Shown piece after piece: positions 39,563 through 50,035 of a stretch of DNA of 64,000 nt; position 1 is the first letter of the stretch, and every line of letters begins with the position of its first letter. Source of the DNA: a virus (Duplodnaviria > Caudoviricetes). The position numbers and the translations under genes are program-made. A model generated the notes under the pieces. It worked only from the letters and a program-made list of their open reading frames with translations, had not been told where the DNA came from and did no database searches. The stretch is from positions 1-64,000 of the IMG/VR virus record IMGVR_UViG_3300021387_001464; one strand, given 5' to 3'.

Positions 39563-39572
39563 AAGTACGATT

Positions 39573-40190
39573 ATGAGAAGTAAATCAGCACAATGGTTTG
39601 AGTGCAAAATCAAGTATGAGAAGGTGATGGAGGACGGGCTGCAGAAGCAGGTCGTGGAACAGTATGTAGTCGATGCCCTGTCGTTTGCAGAGGCAGAGCA
39701 GCGCATCATCGAGGAGATGTCGCAGTACATCAGCGGCGAGTTTGAAGTGACGGACGTGAAGAAGGCGGCCTACAAGGAGGTGTTCTTCGACGATGACAAT
39801 GCGGCGAGCGACCGCTGGTACAAGGCGAAGCTCCAGTTTATCACCTTCGACGAGAAGACGGAGAAGGAGAAGCGTACCAACGTGACGTACCTGGTGCAGG
39901 CTTGCTCGCTGCACAATGCGCTCGACAACATTGACACGGTGATGAAGGGTACGATGATTGACTATGTGCAGGCCAACGTCGGCGAGACGCAGCTGGTGGA
40001 CGTGTTTGAGTATACCGCCGAGGACAAGGCGGCTGAACTGATGGCTCGCATGGCGGAGGACGTGAAGGACGCATCGCTGAAGGTGGAGGACATTGTTGAC
40101 CGCTACGTGAAGACCGCCACACCAGAATTGCGCCAGCAGCTCATCGACAAGCTAACCGAGATACGCAAGGAGAAGTTTGGGATAGAGTAA
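39573..40190 (+). CDS. DUF4494-like protein, copy 1
   Basis: WFECKIKYEK..EQYVVDALSFAEAE..WYKAKL motifs. Confidence 0.8.
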   Translation: MRSKSAQWFECKIKYEKVMEDGLQKQVVEQYVVDALSFAEAEQRIIEEMSQYISGEFEVTDVKKAAYKEVFFDDDNAASDRWYKAKLQFITFDEKTEKEKRTNVTYLVQACSLHNALDNIDTVMKGTMIDYVQANVGETQLVDVFEYTAEDKAAELMARMAEDVKDASLKVEDIVDRYVKTATPELRQQLIDKLTEIRKEKFGIE

Positions 40191-40227
40191 CGAACACGGA
40201 TTATACGGATTAAACGGATTAGGAACT

Positions 40228-40794
40228 ATGAAAGAAGAAATTTATCACATACTGATAAAACGAGAATGTGCGCACAAATGCCCATTATGTTGCAATCGTC
40301 TGTTTGATCTCGACAATTTGCCAACAATCACGGGCGACCAGCTGAAGACAGCACACACTGTATGTCTTACAGGTGGCGAGCCGTTTATGATGGATTCTTG
40401 GGACTTGATACACCTATGCCGAGGCATTCGCACGCAGTACCCGAACATTCAGAAACTATACATCTACAGCAGTGGCTATGGGTTTTGGAGTTTCAGCCTT
40501 GACCATTGGCTAAAACTCATTAACAGTATAGACGGACTGAACGTATCGCCAAAGAACGAATACGAGTGGCACACGCTGCAAGCGCTCCATAAGCAACGCT
40601 ATTGGGCTGAATACATGAGCAACCCAAAACTATCCAATCGTCTCTATGTATTTGATGACCAATGGCAGGAATGGGAAAAGATACGTGGCGAAGTACATCT
40701 GTCAGATAATTGGCAGGTCATCGGTCGGAAATGGGATGCTGAGTTCAAGACACCAGAAAACGAACATTTTGCCAGATTACCTATTCTCTTCTGA
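40228..40794 (+). CDS. radical SAM protein
   Basis: CxxxCxxC (CAHKCPLC) and LTGGEP. Confidence 0.85.
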   Translation: MKEEIYHILIKRECAHKCPLCCNRLFDLDNLPTITGDQLKTAHTVCLTGGEPFMMDSWDLIHLCRGIRTQYPNIQKLYIYSSGYGFWSFSLDHWLKLINSIDGLNVSPKNEYEWHTLQALHKQRYWAEYMSNPKLSNRLYVFDDQWQEWEKIRGEVHLSDNWQVIGRKWDAEFKTPENEHFARLPILF

Positions 40795-40840
40795 ACCACG
40801 AATTGAACGGATTGAACGAATTAAACGAATTAAGAGCAAT

Positions 40841-41560
40841 ATGACAACAGAAGAATTGATTCAGGCTTTTCCTGAGTGCGAGAAAATCAAGCGCGAGGAT
40901 ATCGCGGAGTGTATCACCAAGGCCATGACGGAGGAACGGTTCTATGCCGAAGCCAGCGACAAAATTTACCACAAGGCGCATGAACTGTGGCCGTATCAGC
41001 GCGGGCTGAAGGACGATGACCCAGAGCGCGTGGCCTACGAAGCATATTTCTGGGGCAACACCTGGAAGGGCGTGGACGCACCTTTCAAGAAGTGGCAGGA
41101 AACCTTCGAGACGGAGTTCATCGCCCAGCACGGACAGGTGCGAACCTTCGACGAAGCCTGTCAGACGGCAGCCGACGAGTGGGCGAGGATGATTTTCGGC
41201 AACCACGTTCAGAACAACGGCGACCAGTCGGACGCAGGCGGACTGGCAATGGTACTCGGCACGCTGGCCAAGGACAAGGCAAGCAGCGGCTACGGCAAGG
41301 ATGTGACAGACATGTTCCGCTCGCTGATGGCTGACCATTACCGTGGCGGATGCCGTTGGAGGGATGAGAGCGGAACGGAATACCGTGATGAACCTGACGT
41401 TGACTACCACCCGTCGCCGTCACTTTTCGGATTGCTTATCAAGGCTGGGTGCAAAGAGGACGATGCGAACAATATGTGTCCCTGGAAGACGGGCATCACC
41501 ATCAACCAGCGCGACAACTCCGTCTGCGTCCGTGGCTATCAGACGGCAAGGTATATTTGA
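40841..41560 (+). CDS. hypothetical protein
   Basis: Start moved to 40841, after the nonamer repeats. Confidence 0.8.
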   Translation: MTTEELIQAFPECEKIKREDIAECITKAMTEERFYAEASDKIYHKAHELWPYQRGLKDDDPERVAYEAYFWGNTWKGVDAPFKKWQETFETEFIAQHGQVRTFDEACQTAADEWARMIFGNHVQNNGDQSDAGGLAMVLGTLAKDKASSGYGKDVTDMFRSLMADHYRGGCRWRDESGTEYRDEPDVDYHPSPSLFGLLIKAGCKEDDANNMCPWKTGITINQRDNSVCVRGYQTARYI

Positions 41561-41579
41561 CACTTAGAAACAGGCGATT

Positions 41580-41879
41580 ATGAATGAGAAAGAAATCAAG
41601 CAAGTGTTCGACGACGTTCAGTAGCGGCTCGACACCCTGCAGGGCAGCGGTGCCTCGTTTATGTTCATCGGCAATCAGGGCAACCATTTTGTCATCAGCG
41701 GCAAGACCAACGAGATTTCGGCGCGGATTCTCTTTGCAGTGATGCGCTATCCCGTCATCCGGGAGATTATCAAGGAATGTGCCGAGAAGTACGACGGTAT
41801 GGAAGCGCAGTACGGCAACAGCGTCCGTGATGTGAAAATGGATCACCTGATAGAACAGAACTCTGGAAACGCGAACTAA
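41580..41879 (+). pseudogene. small gene with an in-frame TAG at 41622
   Basis: AGGCGATT-ATG start in frame with ORF 41661-41879; a single TAG lies between them. Confidence 0.5.
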
Positions 41880-41933
41880 GGACTAACAAACCGCCGCAAG
41901 GCATAGTATAAATAACTTAAAAGGAATACGATT

Positions 41934-42428
41934 ATGAAATGGAAGCAGAAAAGCTGTAAGCAAGCCAACAAGGAAATGGGAAAGTTCGACTACACGCTGT
42001 GGTACGGACCAAGTGAAAGAGATTGCTACCAGGTGCAGGGGCTTATCCGCAACCGCCGCGTGGAGCGCAGGTCGCAGGCAAACTGCCAAGACCGCAACGG
42101 AAATTTTGTGAGCAACGAGCAACTGTGTTTCGGCAGTATTAAGGCTGCTCGGCGATTTGTTGCAAAGCATGCATATTGGCTGATAGAGGACTATCGCTGC
42201 CGCAATGCAGGTCGAACGCCACGGGTGGTGATTGTAATGTCGTGGCGTAGGACAAGAAAGCACAAAATGGTGATTACTCTTCCCGAATATCAGTCAAAGG
42301 ATTTTGTTTGCCGAAAGACTGGCAGGTATGTCACCAAATCGTGTCATGTCATGGCTGGCAGGAAGGAGTCTTGCAAAGAATTGATAGCGGTAGATAAATC
42401 AAGAGACTTAACGATACTTGGCTTATGA
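41934..42428 (+). CDS. hypothetical basic protein
   Basis: ORF in operon. Confidence 0.65.
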   Translation: MKWKQKSCKQANKEMGKFDYTLWYGPSERDCYQVQGLIRNRRVERRSQANCQDRNGNFVSNEQLCFGSIKAARRFVAKHAYWLIEDYRCRNAGRTPRVVIVMSWRRTRKHKMVITLPEYQSKDFVCRKTGRYVTKSCHVMAGRKESCKELIAVDKSRDLTILGL

Positions 42429-42775
42429 ACCACGACGAAATTTCACGCCTCTTCAGCGAGGAAGACGTAAAGAATGCTCTCCAACTACCCGACTGGCCTG
42501 CGGGAACGGAGGTGGTGTTCTACTGCCGCTCTACCGACAGTCTCGATGCTATTGAGCAGTTAGCCCGGCAGAGGCTGTGGAAGATTGTGGAATACGTCCA
42601 CATCGACGAACTGCCGATAGCCAATCTCTACAAGCCAGGGCAGGTGGTGCTTGCCAAACGCAATGCGGTGGAGTGGAAGAGAGATTCAACGATGACGAGC
42701 TACAAAGAGTGGCGCAATCAGATGCTTGGCGGCCTGCGTCTGTCGGACTGGGATAAATTCAAAACGAATTATTAA
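42425..42775 (+). CDS. hypothetical protein
   Basis: ORF in operon. Confidence 0.75.
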   Translation: MNHDEISRLFSEEDVKNALQLPDWPAGTEVVFYCRSTDSLDAIEQLARQRLWKIVEYVHIDELPIANLYKPGQVVLAKRNAVEWKRDSTMTSYKEWRNQMLGGLRLSDWDKFKTNY

Positions 42776-42787
42776 AATTAAGCAACT

Positions 42788-43207
42788 ATGTACACAATTC
42801 AAGACAAATTAAGTGCTGACGTCAAAGACTATGCACGTTACAAGAAGATGATGGCTGAGATGGGCGAGAGGATCGACCGCGAGGCACGGGAACTGCTCAG
42901 TGAACTTCGGATGGTGAAGGGCTGGGAGTGCATGATTAAGAAATGTGAAGAACATTACGCCAAATATCCTGATAGGTTCTTCGACTGGTGCAGCGTGACC
43001 CATACCGACGATGCCGTGCAGTTCGTAAAAGGGTATTCCGACGGTGAAGAGTATGAGGTGCTTGAAATCAGTTTCCGTAAGTCGCTGAAAGACCAAGTGC
43101 GCGACCGGATGGATTATCTTGCCGAGCAACGCGAGAAGCAGGAGGCTGAAGAGCGAGAAAAGGACTTGATACAAATGGAACGCATCAGAAAAAAGTACGG
43201 ATTGTAA
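42788..43207 (+). CDS. hypothetical protein
   Basis: ORF in operon. Confidence 0.75.
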   Translation: MYTIQDKLSADVKDYARYKKMMAEMGERIDREARELLSELRMVKGWECMIKKCEEHYAKYPDRFFDWCSVTHTDDAVQFVKGYSDGEEYEVLEISFRKSLKDQVRDRMDYLAEQREKQEAEEREKDLIQMERIRKKYGL

Positions 43208-43400
43208 GTACGCCAAAATTGCTCGCTCGACAATATGCAACTCATCAGCGGTGCTGACGGCAACCGCTCTGCCCGCGAGATAAGGCAACGTATGGATGCC
43301 GACAAGCCGAAACTCATAGAGGGACTGCAGCGCATACAGCGGACCTTAGAGATAGCGAGAAATCATCGAAAGAAGTAAAATAATTAAAAGGAATACGACA

Positions 43401-43649
43401 ATGAAATCAGAACTGACATGTAAGATACTGGAGCGTAACGGATTTGTGTATAGTCTGGAGACGGAATCGCTGACGATTACGCACAAGCTGGACTATCAGC
43501 AGGGGACAGTGCGCATCCGTGCCTGCTTCGACTACTTCAATGATAAGTGGATGATTTTCGCGCCGTCGCTCTTGGGCTATGCCTGCACTGTAGAGGAGAT
43601 GAATAAACTACTGAAACGAAACAATATCGACAAGGAGATAAAGGTATGA
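43401..43649 (+). CDS. hypothetical protein
   Basis: AAAGGAATACGAC-A-ATG start context. Confidence 0.7.
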   Translation: MKSELTCKILERNGFVYSLETESLTITHKLDYQQGTVRIRACFDYFNDKWMIFAPSLLGYACTVEEMNKLLKRNNIDKEIKV

Positions 43650-43746
43650 CAGGAGAAGGCTATGTGCTTGACAACTATAAGGGCATCACATACGACAAGT
43701 GCCTGCAGATTCTTAAAGTGTTGAATGTAAAAAGGAAATAACGATT

Positions 43747-44109
43747 ATGGAACAAATGACAAGACGAGAGGCTATCGAGGCCATCAAGGGAATGTTTGAG
43801 ACGAATACGGGTCAGAAAGATAACATATCACAGCTCGTTGAGAACGATAACGACACTGCGACTTTTATGCTCGACAAGCGCAAGTATGAGCGTGACGAGA
43901 TTATCGGAAAACTAAGCGAATATTTCAAGGACGTGAACATCGTGGACGGACTTTGCCACATTAGTGGCATTACGTTCGTGTTTACGACGGTGACGATTGA
44001 AGAGAGGCCAAAGGTGGACGAGTGTGAGGCTGATAGGAGAAAGCTGATGCAGGCCATTAACGGTGAACTTGCAAAAGACGGACTGCATATACCAACTAAG
44101 GAGGACTGA
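43747..44109 (+). CDS. hypothetical protein
   Basis: ORF in operon. Confidence 0.75.
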   Translation: MEQMTRREAIEAIKGMFETNTGQKDNISQLVENDNDTATFMLDKRKYERDEIIGKLSEYFKDVNIVDGLCHISGITFVFTTVTIEERPKVDECEADRRKLMQAINGELAKDGLHIPTKED

Positions 44110-44113
44110 CACA

Positions 44114-44617
44114 ATGAAACAATGCGAACCACTGAAAGAACCACTGTACGCACCGAAAGAGTGTGCTCCATGCCCACCAGGACTTAGAAATCGCAGACGT
44201 ATACCGATGGGACACGTCGGCATACGTTGTCGGCGAGCCTTCGCAGGTGCGTCCGACCTCATTGCCGTTGACGTAAGGACGCAGGAACTGCCCAAGGTGT
44301 TCATACTTCGTGAGCAGTACGACAAACTTGACCCCGCCGTCATCCGTGAGAAGCAGGAGGAGGCGCACTGCATCCTCGTCCCGGTAGAGCGTGACGAAAT
44401 GGACAGGATTCTGCAGGAGGCAGTCGTATATACACCGATGCCCGAAATGCCGAAGCTGCCCGAAACCATTTGGCAGGAGCCTTCACCCTATTACGGAGGC
44501 GCAAACATCGGCAAAGGTCATAAGCACATTGGAGGTCGTCAAGACCCCAAGGACTATGCCAAGAAGAAGAAAGCCAAGCGCCGCCAGCAGAAGCAGGCAA
44601 GGCACAGGAATAAATAA
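44114..44617 (+). CDS. hypothetical protein
   Basis: ORF in operon with a basic tail. Confidence 0.65.
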   Translation: MKQCEPLKEPLYAPKECAPCPPGLRNRRRIPMGHVGIRCRRAFAGASDLIAVDVRTQELPKVFILREQYDKLDPAVIREKQEEAHCILVPVERDEMDRILQEAVVYTPMPEMPKLPETIWQEPSPYYGGANIGKGHKHIGGRQDPKDYAKKKKAKRRQQKQARHRNK

Positions 44618-44635
44618 CTTTAAAGGAATACGATT

Positions 44636-45298
44636 ATGACAGAACAAAACAAAGACAACCAGCGTCCTGATGCGGTACCTGCATCTTTATCGGTGGGCGC
44701 AGTAGAGCCAAAGTTTAAGAAGGGCGACCATGTGTGGGCCAAGCAGCCGAAAGAGCTGGCAGGGCGCAAGGGCTATGTGATGAACATTGACCCCTTCGGT
44801 ATGAACTACGAAATAAGGTTTGGTACTGAGATATGGATTGTGCAGGAGAGCAACCTCGAACTGGTTGACTCAGCGACGGAGGAAGCCCGTCAGACCATCC
44901 TTGAACGCGAGGACGATGCCGACCAGCCACTCACCGAGCAGGCGGCCTACGATGAGTATCAGGAACGCAGCAAGACGTCGGGCGACCGTGCCGAGCAGCT
45001 GGCATGGGCGATGATTGCACTGCTGGCGGGTCAGCTCATTGGCGGCTCGAAGTATGCGGAGTTCTATGTGCTGGGCGGTACGGCATTGCTCTACCTGCTG
45101 CTGTCGTCCATGCAGTCAGTATGGCAGTCGGTGACTATCTGGCTCGTCAAGTGCAACATCAAGCGCACAGGCATCAAGCTCAACGACTATCCCGACTGGG
45201 TAGGCTTCGGTGCATGGGTGTTCTACTGGCTGAAGATGATCATCATCACCATCGGAGCCATCTACGGCGCAAGCCACTTCATCTCGTTTGCAATGTAA
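44636..45298 (+). CDS. membrane protein with N-terminal SH3/KOW-like domain
   Basis: FKKGDHV motif plus 3 hydrophobic helices. Confidence 0.7.
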   Translation: MTEQNKDNQRPDAVPASLSVGAVEPKFKKGDHVWAKQPKELAGRKGYVMNIDPFGMNYEIRFGTEIWIVQESNLELVDSATEEARQTILEREDDADQPLTEQAAYDEYQERSKTSGDRAEQLAWAMIALLAGQLIGGSKYAEFYVLGGTALLYLLLSSMQSVWQSVTIWLVKCNIKRTGIKLNDYPDWVGFGAWVFYWLKMIIITIGAIYGASHFISFAM

Positions 45299-45314
45299 TA
45301 AAAGGAATACGACA

Positions 45315-45599
45315 ATGAAGAAGAAAGTAGAAACCATTATCATCGTATGCGATAGCTGCGGTGAGCATTTCGTCAATGGCGACGGATTCACGTGTTACAC
45401 GGACGATCCCGACGGCGGCATTATGCTGTCGGAGGCTACATCGAGCGAATGGCTTGATATTGACGGGCGGCAATACTGTCCCGACTGCTGGCATTATGAC
45501 GATGACGACAACATCGTGTGCGGGGATGGCCGCAAGTACGACGGCGACACTCACGAACCAGTCATTGAGGGTAACAAACAAAACGACAACGAGCTATGA
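45315..45599 (+). CDS. small Zn-finger protein (paralog of 38269)
   Basis: CDSCG...YCPDCWHYDDDDNIV. Confidence 0.75.
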   Translation: MKKKVETIIIVCDSCGEHFVNGDGFTCYTDDPDGGIMLSEATSSEWLDIDGRQYCPDCWHYDDDDNIVCGDGRKYDGDTHEPVIEGNKQNDNEL

Positions 45600-45734
45600 G
45601 CTATTGCAAGAAGAAAGGCATCGAACCGACGGTATGTTACTGTCTGGCTTGTGAGTATTGCCTGCCACCAGCCGACCGCATCGGTGGACGAATGTGTGAG
45701 AACGAAATAATGGATAAGCAGGAGGACTGACAGT

Positions 45735-46505
45735 ATGATCACAAAGGTGGTAATCAACAACAACGAAGATACACCCATCGAGTATCTGAGCGGACTCGGG
45801 GCGTTCAAGAACGGCAAGACGTATGAGTTCAAGCCTGGCGTGAACATCATCGTCGGCAAGAACGGCTGCGGCAAGACCACGCTGATGAACCTGATAAGGA
45901 AATATCTGCTGGTGGACCTGTCGGAGTGCTCGGCGGGTATGTTCAACAGCAACATCAACGCCGTCTGCTTCGGCCTTGGCGACGACAAGCACATGTATGC
46001 CGGTGCCGACGTGTATGCCGACTATAGGCGCAACACGTTCCGCCTGTGCCATGCGGGGGAGAGGCAGCACAACGACGAGATATTCGAGAACGACCACTCC
46101 ATCAGCGAGTTCCTCGGGCAGCGGGAGTCGTCAACGGGCGAGGGTGTCATCGTGGCACTGAACGCGCTCTTCGCCAGGATGTTCAGCAAGGGCGCACGGC
46201 TGACGTTCGACTACACGCGGTTCAAGGACAACTACAAGCCATATACGGATTACGTTGCCGACCACATCGTCGAGGGCGACGAGTGGACTATCCTGATGGA
46301 CGAGCCCGACAGGAACCTCGACATCGAGAACATCGGGCATATCAAGGCCGTGCTCGACTTCCACAAGCCGCACACGCAGATCATTGCCGTGGTGCATAAC
46401 CCGCTGCTCATCTGCGCCCTCTCGAAGAACCCGGAGGTCAACTTCATCGAAATGACGCGGGGGTATGTGAAGAATATCAGGAAAATGGTAAAGGAGCTGG
46501 TGTGA
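45735..46505 (+). CDS. ABC/AAA-type ATPase
   Basis: GKNGCGKT, STGE, LMDEPD, H-loop. Confidence 0.85.
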   Translation: MITKVVINNNEDTPIEYLSGLGAFKNGKTYEFKPGVNIIVGKNGCGKTTLMNLIRKYLLVDLSECSAGMFNSNINAVCFGLGDDKHMYAGADVYADYRRNTFRLCHAGERQHNDEIFENDHSISEFLGQRESSTGEGVIVALNALFARMFSKGARLTFDYTRFKDNYKPYTDYVADHIVEGDEWTILMDEPDRNLDIENIGHIKAVLDFHKPHTQIIAVVHNPLLICALSKNPEVNFIEMTRGYVKNIRKMVKELV

Positions 46506-46546
46506 AAATCTGTACTTACGAACCAATAATAGAAGAATAAGGAATT

Positions 46547-46834
46547 ATGAACATCGGACAAGCAATCGTCACTATCCGCAAGGCGCGGAAAATGACACAG
46601 AAGGAACTGGCTGAGCGCTGCGGCATGTCACAGAATGCCCTCGTGGCCATAGAGAAAGACCGCTCGCAGCCGCCAACGGGGACCATGAAGCGGTTACAGG
46701 AGGCACTCGGCGTGCCGCAGTCATACATCCTGCTTTACAGCATCGAGGACTGCGACATCCCCGAAGACAAGTTGAAAACGGCAAAGCATCTGCTGACGCC
46801 ATTGAAGGATTATTTATTAAGAGAGGATTTTTAA
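46547..46834 (+). CDS. XRE-family HTH regulator
   Basis: MTQKELAERCGMSQNALVAIEK. Confidence 0.9.
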   Translation: MNIGQAIVTIRKARKMTQKELAERCGMSQNALVAIEKDRSQPPTGTMKRLQEALGVPQSYILLYSIEDCDIPEDKLKTAKHLLTPLKDYLLREDF

Positions 46835-46835
46835 T

Positions 46836-47294
46836 ATGGAACATGTAAATCACCCAAAGCATTATAACAGTCATCCCAATGGGATTGAGTGCATCGACAT
46901 CATCCGTCACTATGTCTGCGACATCGCCAATGCTATCAAATATCTGTGGCGGGCTGGCAAGAAGCAGGAAATGGGCATGGAAGATGCCGAGAAAGAGATT
47001 GAGGACCTAAAGAAGGCCATCTTCTACATCGAGGACTATACGACGAATTGTAGCGGCGAGACGTGTACCGATGTTGCACGGCCTTATACGATGTCGTCGG
47101 TGCGCATGATTACGGGGCATTCTGTAAAGGAAATCTGCGAGGGGTATCACAGCGATATCGCCAAGGCAATAGAACTATTGACAATGGTTGGTCTGATAAA
47201 GGACAACAGAATCGTTCGTGTGTACCACTGGGAACAATACCTTTCGTCAGCAGCGAAGTGCATACAAAAGCGCATCGCAGACCTCGAACACTAA
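46836..47294 (+). CDS. DUF3310-like protein
   Basis: VNHPKHY..IECIDII..NAIKYLWRAGKK..EDLKKA. Confidence 0.85.
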   Translation: MEHVNHPKHYNSHPNGIECIDIIRHYVCDIANAIKYLWRAGKKQEMGMEDAEKEIEDLKKAIFYIEDYTTNCSGETCTDVARPYTMSSVRMITGHSVKEICEGYHSDIAKAIELLTMVGLIKDNRIVRVYHWEQYLSSAAKCIQKRIADLEH

Positions 47295-47326
47295 ACCCTA
47301 TATATAATAAAAAGGTATAAGACACT

Positions 47327-48103
47327 ATGGCAGCAAATCCATTATACTATGTGCGCCGGCATAGCAATCAGATACTGGCTGAAAACCCGCACATGACACA
47401 GGAACTCTATATGAAGGGCTTTGACCGTGCGAACTCGCTGGTGAATACGATGATCGGCGTTGCCAACGAAGTGGCGCGACTGGCTATCAGTGACGGCATC
47501 GACGCTATCAAGCATGCAGGACTTTACAAACAGAAGACCAAGCAGCTCTGCAACGAGACGTTCCGTCGGCAGGAGCACTACGAGTCTATCCACAACTCTA
47601 ACTTCGGCGACCGCCTGAAGTTGTGGCTCGACTACCTGGACGGCACTGAGGATGAATATCGCAAGCACATCTTTAATATCTATATGGCAGTGAAGATGGC
47701 GCTCGACAAACACAAGCAGACGAACACCGAGTTGAAGGCCAAACTGGAGTGCGGACGTATCTGTGGCGAGTTGGCCGTTGGTCAGTTCGATGCGCTGATG
47801 GACGATATGAAACGAAAGTTTGGCGTTGACTACACGCCGCTGTTCGTAGCAGGCCGCTACACCGACCCATTATATTCGTGGGAGCAGGTATGCGACCTGT
47901 ATGTCAAAACCGACGACCCTGCAGACTATATCGACTTGAACAGCGATGACAACCTGCGACTGGCGGCTGACGTGCTGGCCCGCAAGTTGAACGACTGCGA
48001 ACTACTGAACCGTATTGGCAAACACGCTATCGAAATGAACCTGGAAACGGCAAAGAAGTATGCCTCCGAGGAAGATTTGGAGGAGTTAGGTGTCAAGGAG
48101 TAA
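47327..48103 (+). CDS. hypothetical protein
   Basis: 258 aa ORF. Confidence 0.8.
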   Translation: MAANPLYYVRRHSNQILAENPHMTQELYMKGFDRANSLVNTMIGVANEVARLAISDGIDAIKHAGLYKQKTKQLCNETFRRQEHYESIHNSNFGDRLKLWLDYLDGTEDEYRKHIFNIYMAVKMALDKHKQTNTELKAKLECGRICGELAVGQFDALMDDMKRKFGVDYTPLFVAGRYTDPLYSWEQVCDLYVKTDDPADYIDLNSDDNLRLAADVLARKLNDCELLNRIGKHAIEMNLETAKKYASEEDLEELGVKE

Positions 48104-48110
48104 TAGAGCG

Positions 48111-48524
48111 ATGAAACACGCAGGATCACGATACAAGGACTTTCCCAGTCTGAAGAAGCGCGGGCTGCGCATACCTGTGCGGCAGGTGGCGGTCATTCAG
48201 ACGTGGCGCACGGACTATGGACCGAAGGGCGAGGAGACACCGTTGCTCACCATCGAACTGCACGGCGCAGCACGGGTGATGGTCGGCAGGGTGGTGGACA
48301 GTTGGTGCGGAATACTCTGCAAGGGCTACACCCTGACGTGGGAGCCGATAGCCTCGCGCCTGAACGGGCGCTGCAGCAGTTCGCTGGTGCTCACCATCGA
48401 CCGCCCCGACCTCCATATTCTCGGTGCCGACGAGTGGGCGCCGCTGCTCAAAGACCGCATGGAGCGCCTGTTTCATTGCCGCGTCACGGTGTTCACCGAC
48501 TACAACCGCTGGCTCAACGCCTGA
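48111..48524 (+). CDS. hypothetical protein
   Basis: ORF in operon. Confidence 0.65.
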   Translation: MKHAGSRYKDFPSLKKRGLRIPVRQVAVIQTWRTDYGPKGEETPLLTIELHGAARVMVGRVVDSWCGILCKGYTLTWEPIASRLNGRCSSSLVLTIDRPDLHILGADEWAPLLKDRMERLFHCRVTVFTDYNRWLNA

Positions 48525-48874
48525 CGATTTTTGTCCGCTTACTAAAAACAACTTTTCCTACCTTTGCTCACAACAAATAGGCGATATGACAATGATTTAT
48601 ACTCTCAACGAAAAACTACGCTTTGTGCCCTCATGTGGGGTGCAATCGGTGGGTTATCCCCAATCCTGCACGCAGAAATGCACGACTTTTGTGCTGAAAA
48701 GCGTGCGTAGTATTGCACGTAGAAATACACAAACTATGCACGAAACTACGCATCAAACTATGTGCAAACCTATCCACAAACCTAAACGCAAATCTATCGC
48801 CGATTTTGCACGGCATTCTGCACGGAATCTTGCACAGAATAATCATCAATAATAGTATCAAAATATAATGTAAT

Positions 48875-50008
48875 ATGGGACGAAAACGTAACCCTTATAT
48901 CCAGCTGTTCACCCGCGACATATTATCGTCGCCACGATGCCGTGCCTTGTCGGAATCGGCGGCTGGAGTGTACCTCTTTTTACTCTGCCGACTGAACGAG
49001 CCGCCCACCCCTGGTGCCTACCGTATCAGCGACTGGGAACTGCACCCCACATGGAAGCGCTCTAAGACGCAGCAATGCCTTGCAACCCACGATAAATACG
49101 AGCGTTTGCAGTATTTTGCCGCCATGCTGTCGAAGAACGATTTGCCGTGGAAACAGGCCGCTATCCTGGCTGGTCTGCAGGAGCTTTATAAGTATGGTAT
49201 CGTGACCGTCGAGGGTGACATGCTGATACAACCGCGTATGTTTAAGGACAACGGTTTTGAACTGCCTGATTTGGACAATGACGGCGACCCTATTGGCACC
49301 ATTCTCGACGACCCGACGAGCGGGTCTATGGCGCTTAAAGGTGACGATGATTTTACACAAAATAACGGTGCAAATAATGGTGCAGAAAAACGTACCGATT
49401 CAGGTACAAAAAAAGTGCAGGAAAAAGTACACGTTTCTCACGCGCCCGCTACGCGCGCTTTGAGCGTTGAGAATATGAGTAATAATAGTAATAGTAAAGG
49501 TAATAAGGGGGTGCAGGGGGACGCGACCGCCGACGACAATTCGTGCAGAATGCCGTGCAAAAATCCAAAAACGGATAAAGATAACCCTAAACACCAAAAC
49601 GAGGGCGCTAACGGCGTTTTTGATTCCGAGGCGGTAAATTCTACATCTGCGCCACAAAAACCCGTCAGCGAGCCCCAAAATGCCCGCAAACGACCTTCTG
49701 TGGTGGCTGACAATCCCCCGACATTGGAGGATATTCAGGCTTATATGGACGAGCGGGCACAGCAGGGCAAGCCTTTCGTGTATGTCACGGCAGAGAGCTT
49801 CCTCGATGCCTGCGAGCAGAGCGGGTGGCGACTGAAGGACGGTAAGCCGATGATGGACTGGCGGGCTCGTATGCGTACTTTCGAGAACTACCGCAAGGAG
49901 CATGGCGACCGTCCTGTGGCGCAGGGTAGGGTACAGGCGCAGCCCAAGCCTGGCGACCCCGTAGGTGCCACCCCCACGGCGAAGGGTAAGTATAAGAATA
50001 AATGGTAA
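48875..50008 (+). CDS. putative phage replication initiator (replisome organizer)
   Basis: PYIQLF..D...LSESAAGVYLFLLC N-terminus, PPTLED..Y...GW...MxDWRA C-terminus; upstream of the DnaC-like gene. Confidence 0.7.
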   Translation: MGRKRNPYIQLFTRDILSSPRCRALSESAAGVYLFLLCRLNEPPTPGAYRISDWELHPTWKRSKTQQCLATHDKYERLQYFAAMLSKNDLPWKQAAILAGLQELYKYGIVTVEGDMLIQPRMFKDNGFELPDLDNDGDPIGTILDDPTSGSMALKGDDDFTQNNGANNGAEKRTDSGTKKVQEKVHVSHAPATRALSVENMSNNSNSKGNKGVQGDATADDNSCRMPCKNPKTDKDNPKHQNEGANGVFDSEAVNSTSAPQKPVSEPQNARKRPSVVADNPPTLEDIQAYMDERAQQGKPFVYVTAESFLDACEQSGWRLKDGKPMMDWRARMRTFENYRKEHGDRPVAQGRVQAQPKPGDPVGATPTAKGKYKNKW

Positions 50009-50035
50009 TACGAATATACGCATATAAAGAGGACT

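Noticed and set aside
41580-41879. In-frame TAG as evidence of stop-codon recoding
   Set aside because: It is a single case. Long genes have no internal TAG and several end in TAG, so a nonsense mutation or sequencing error is more likely.
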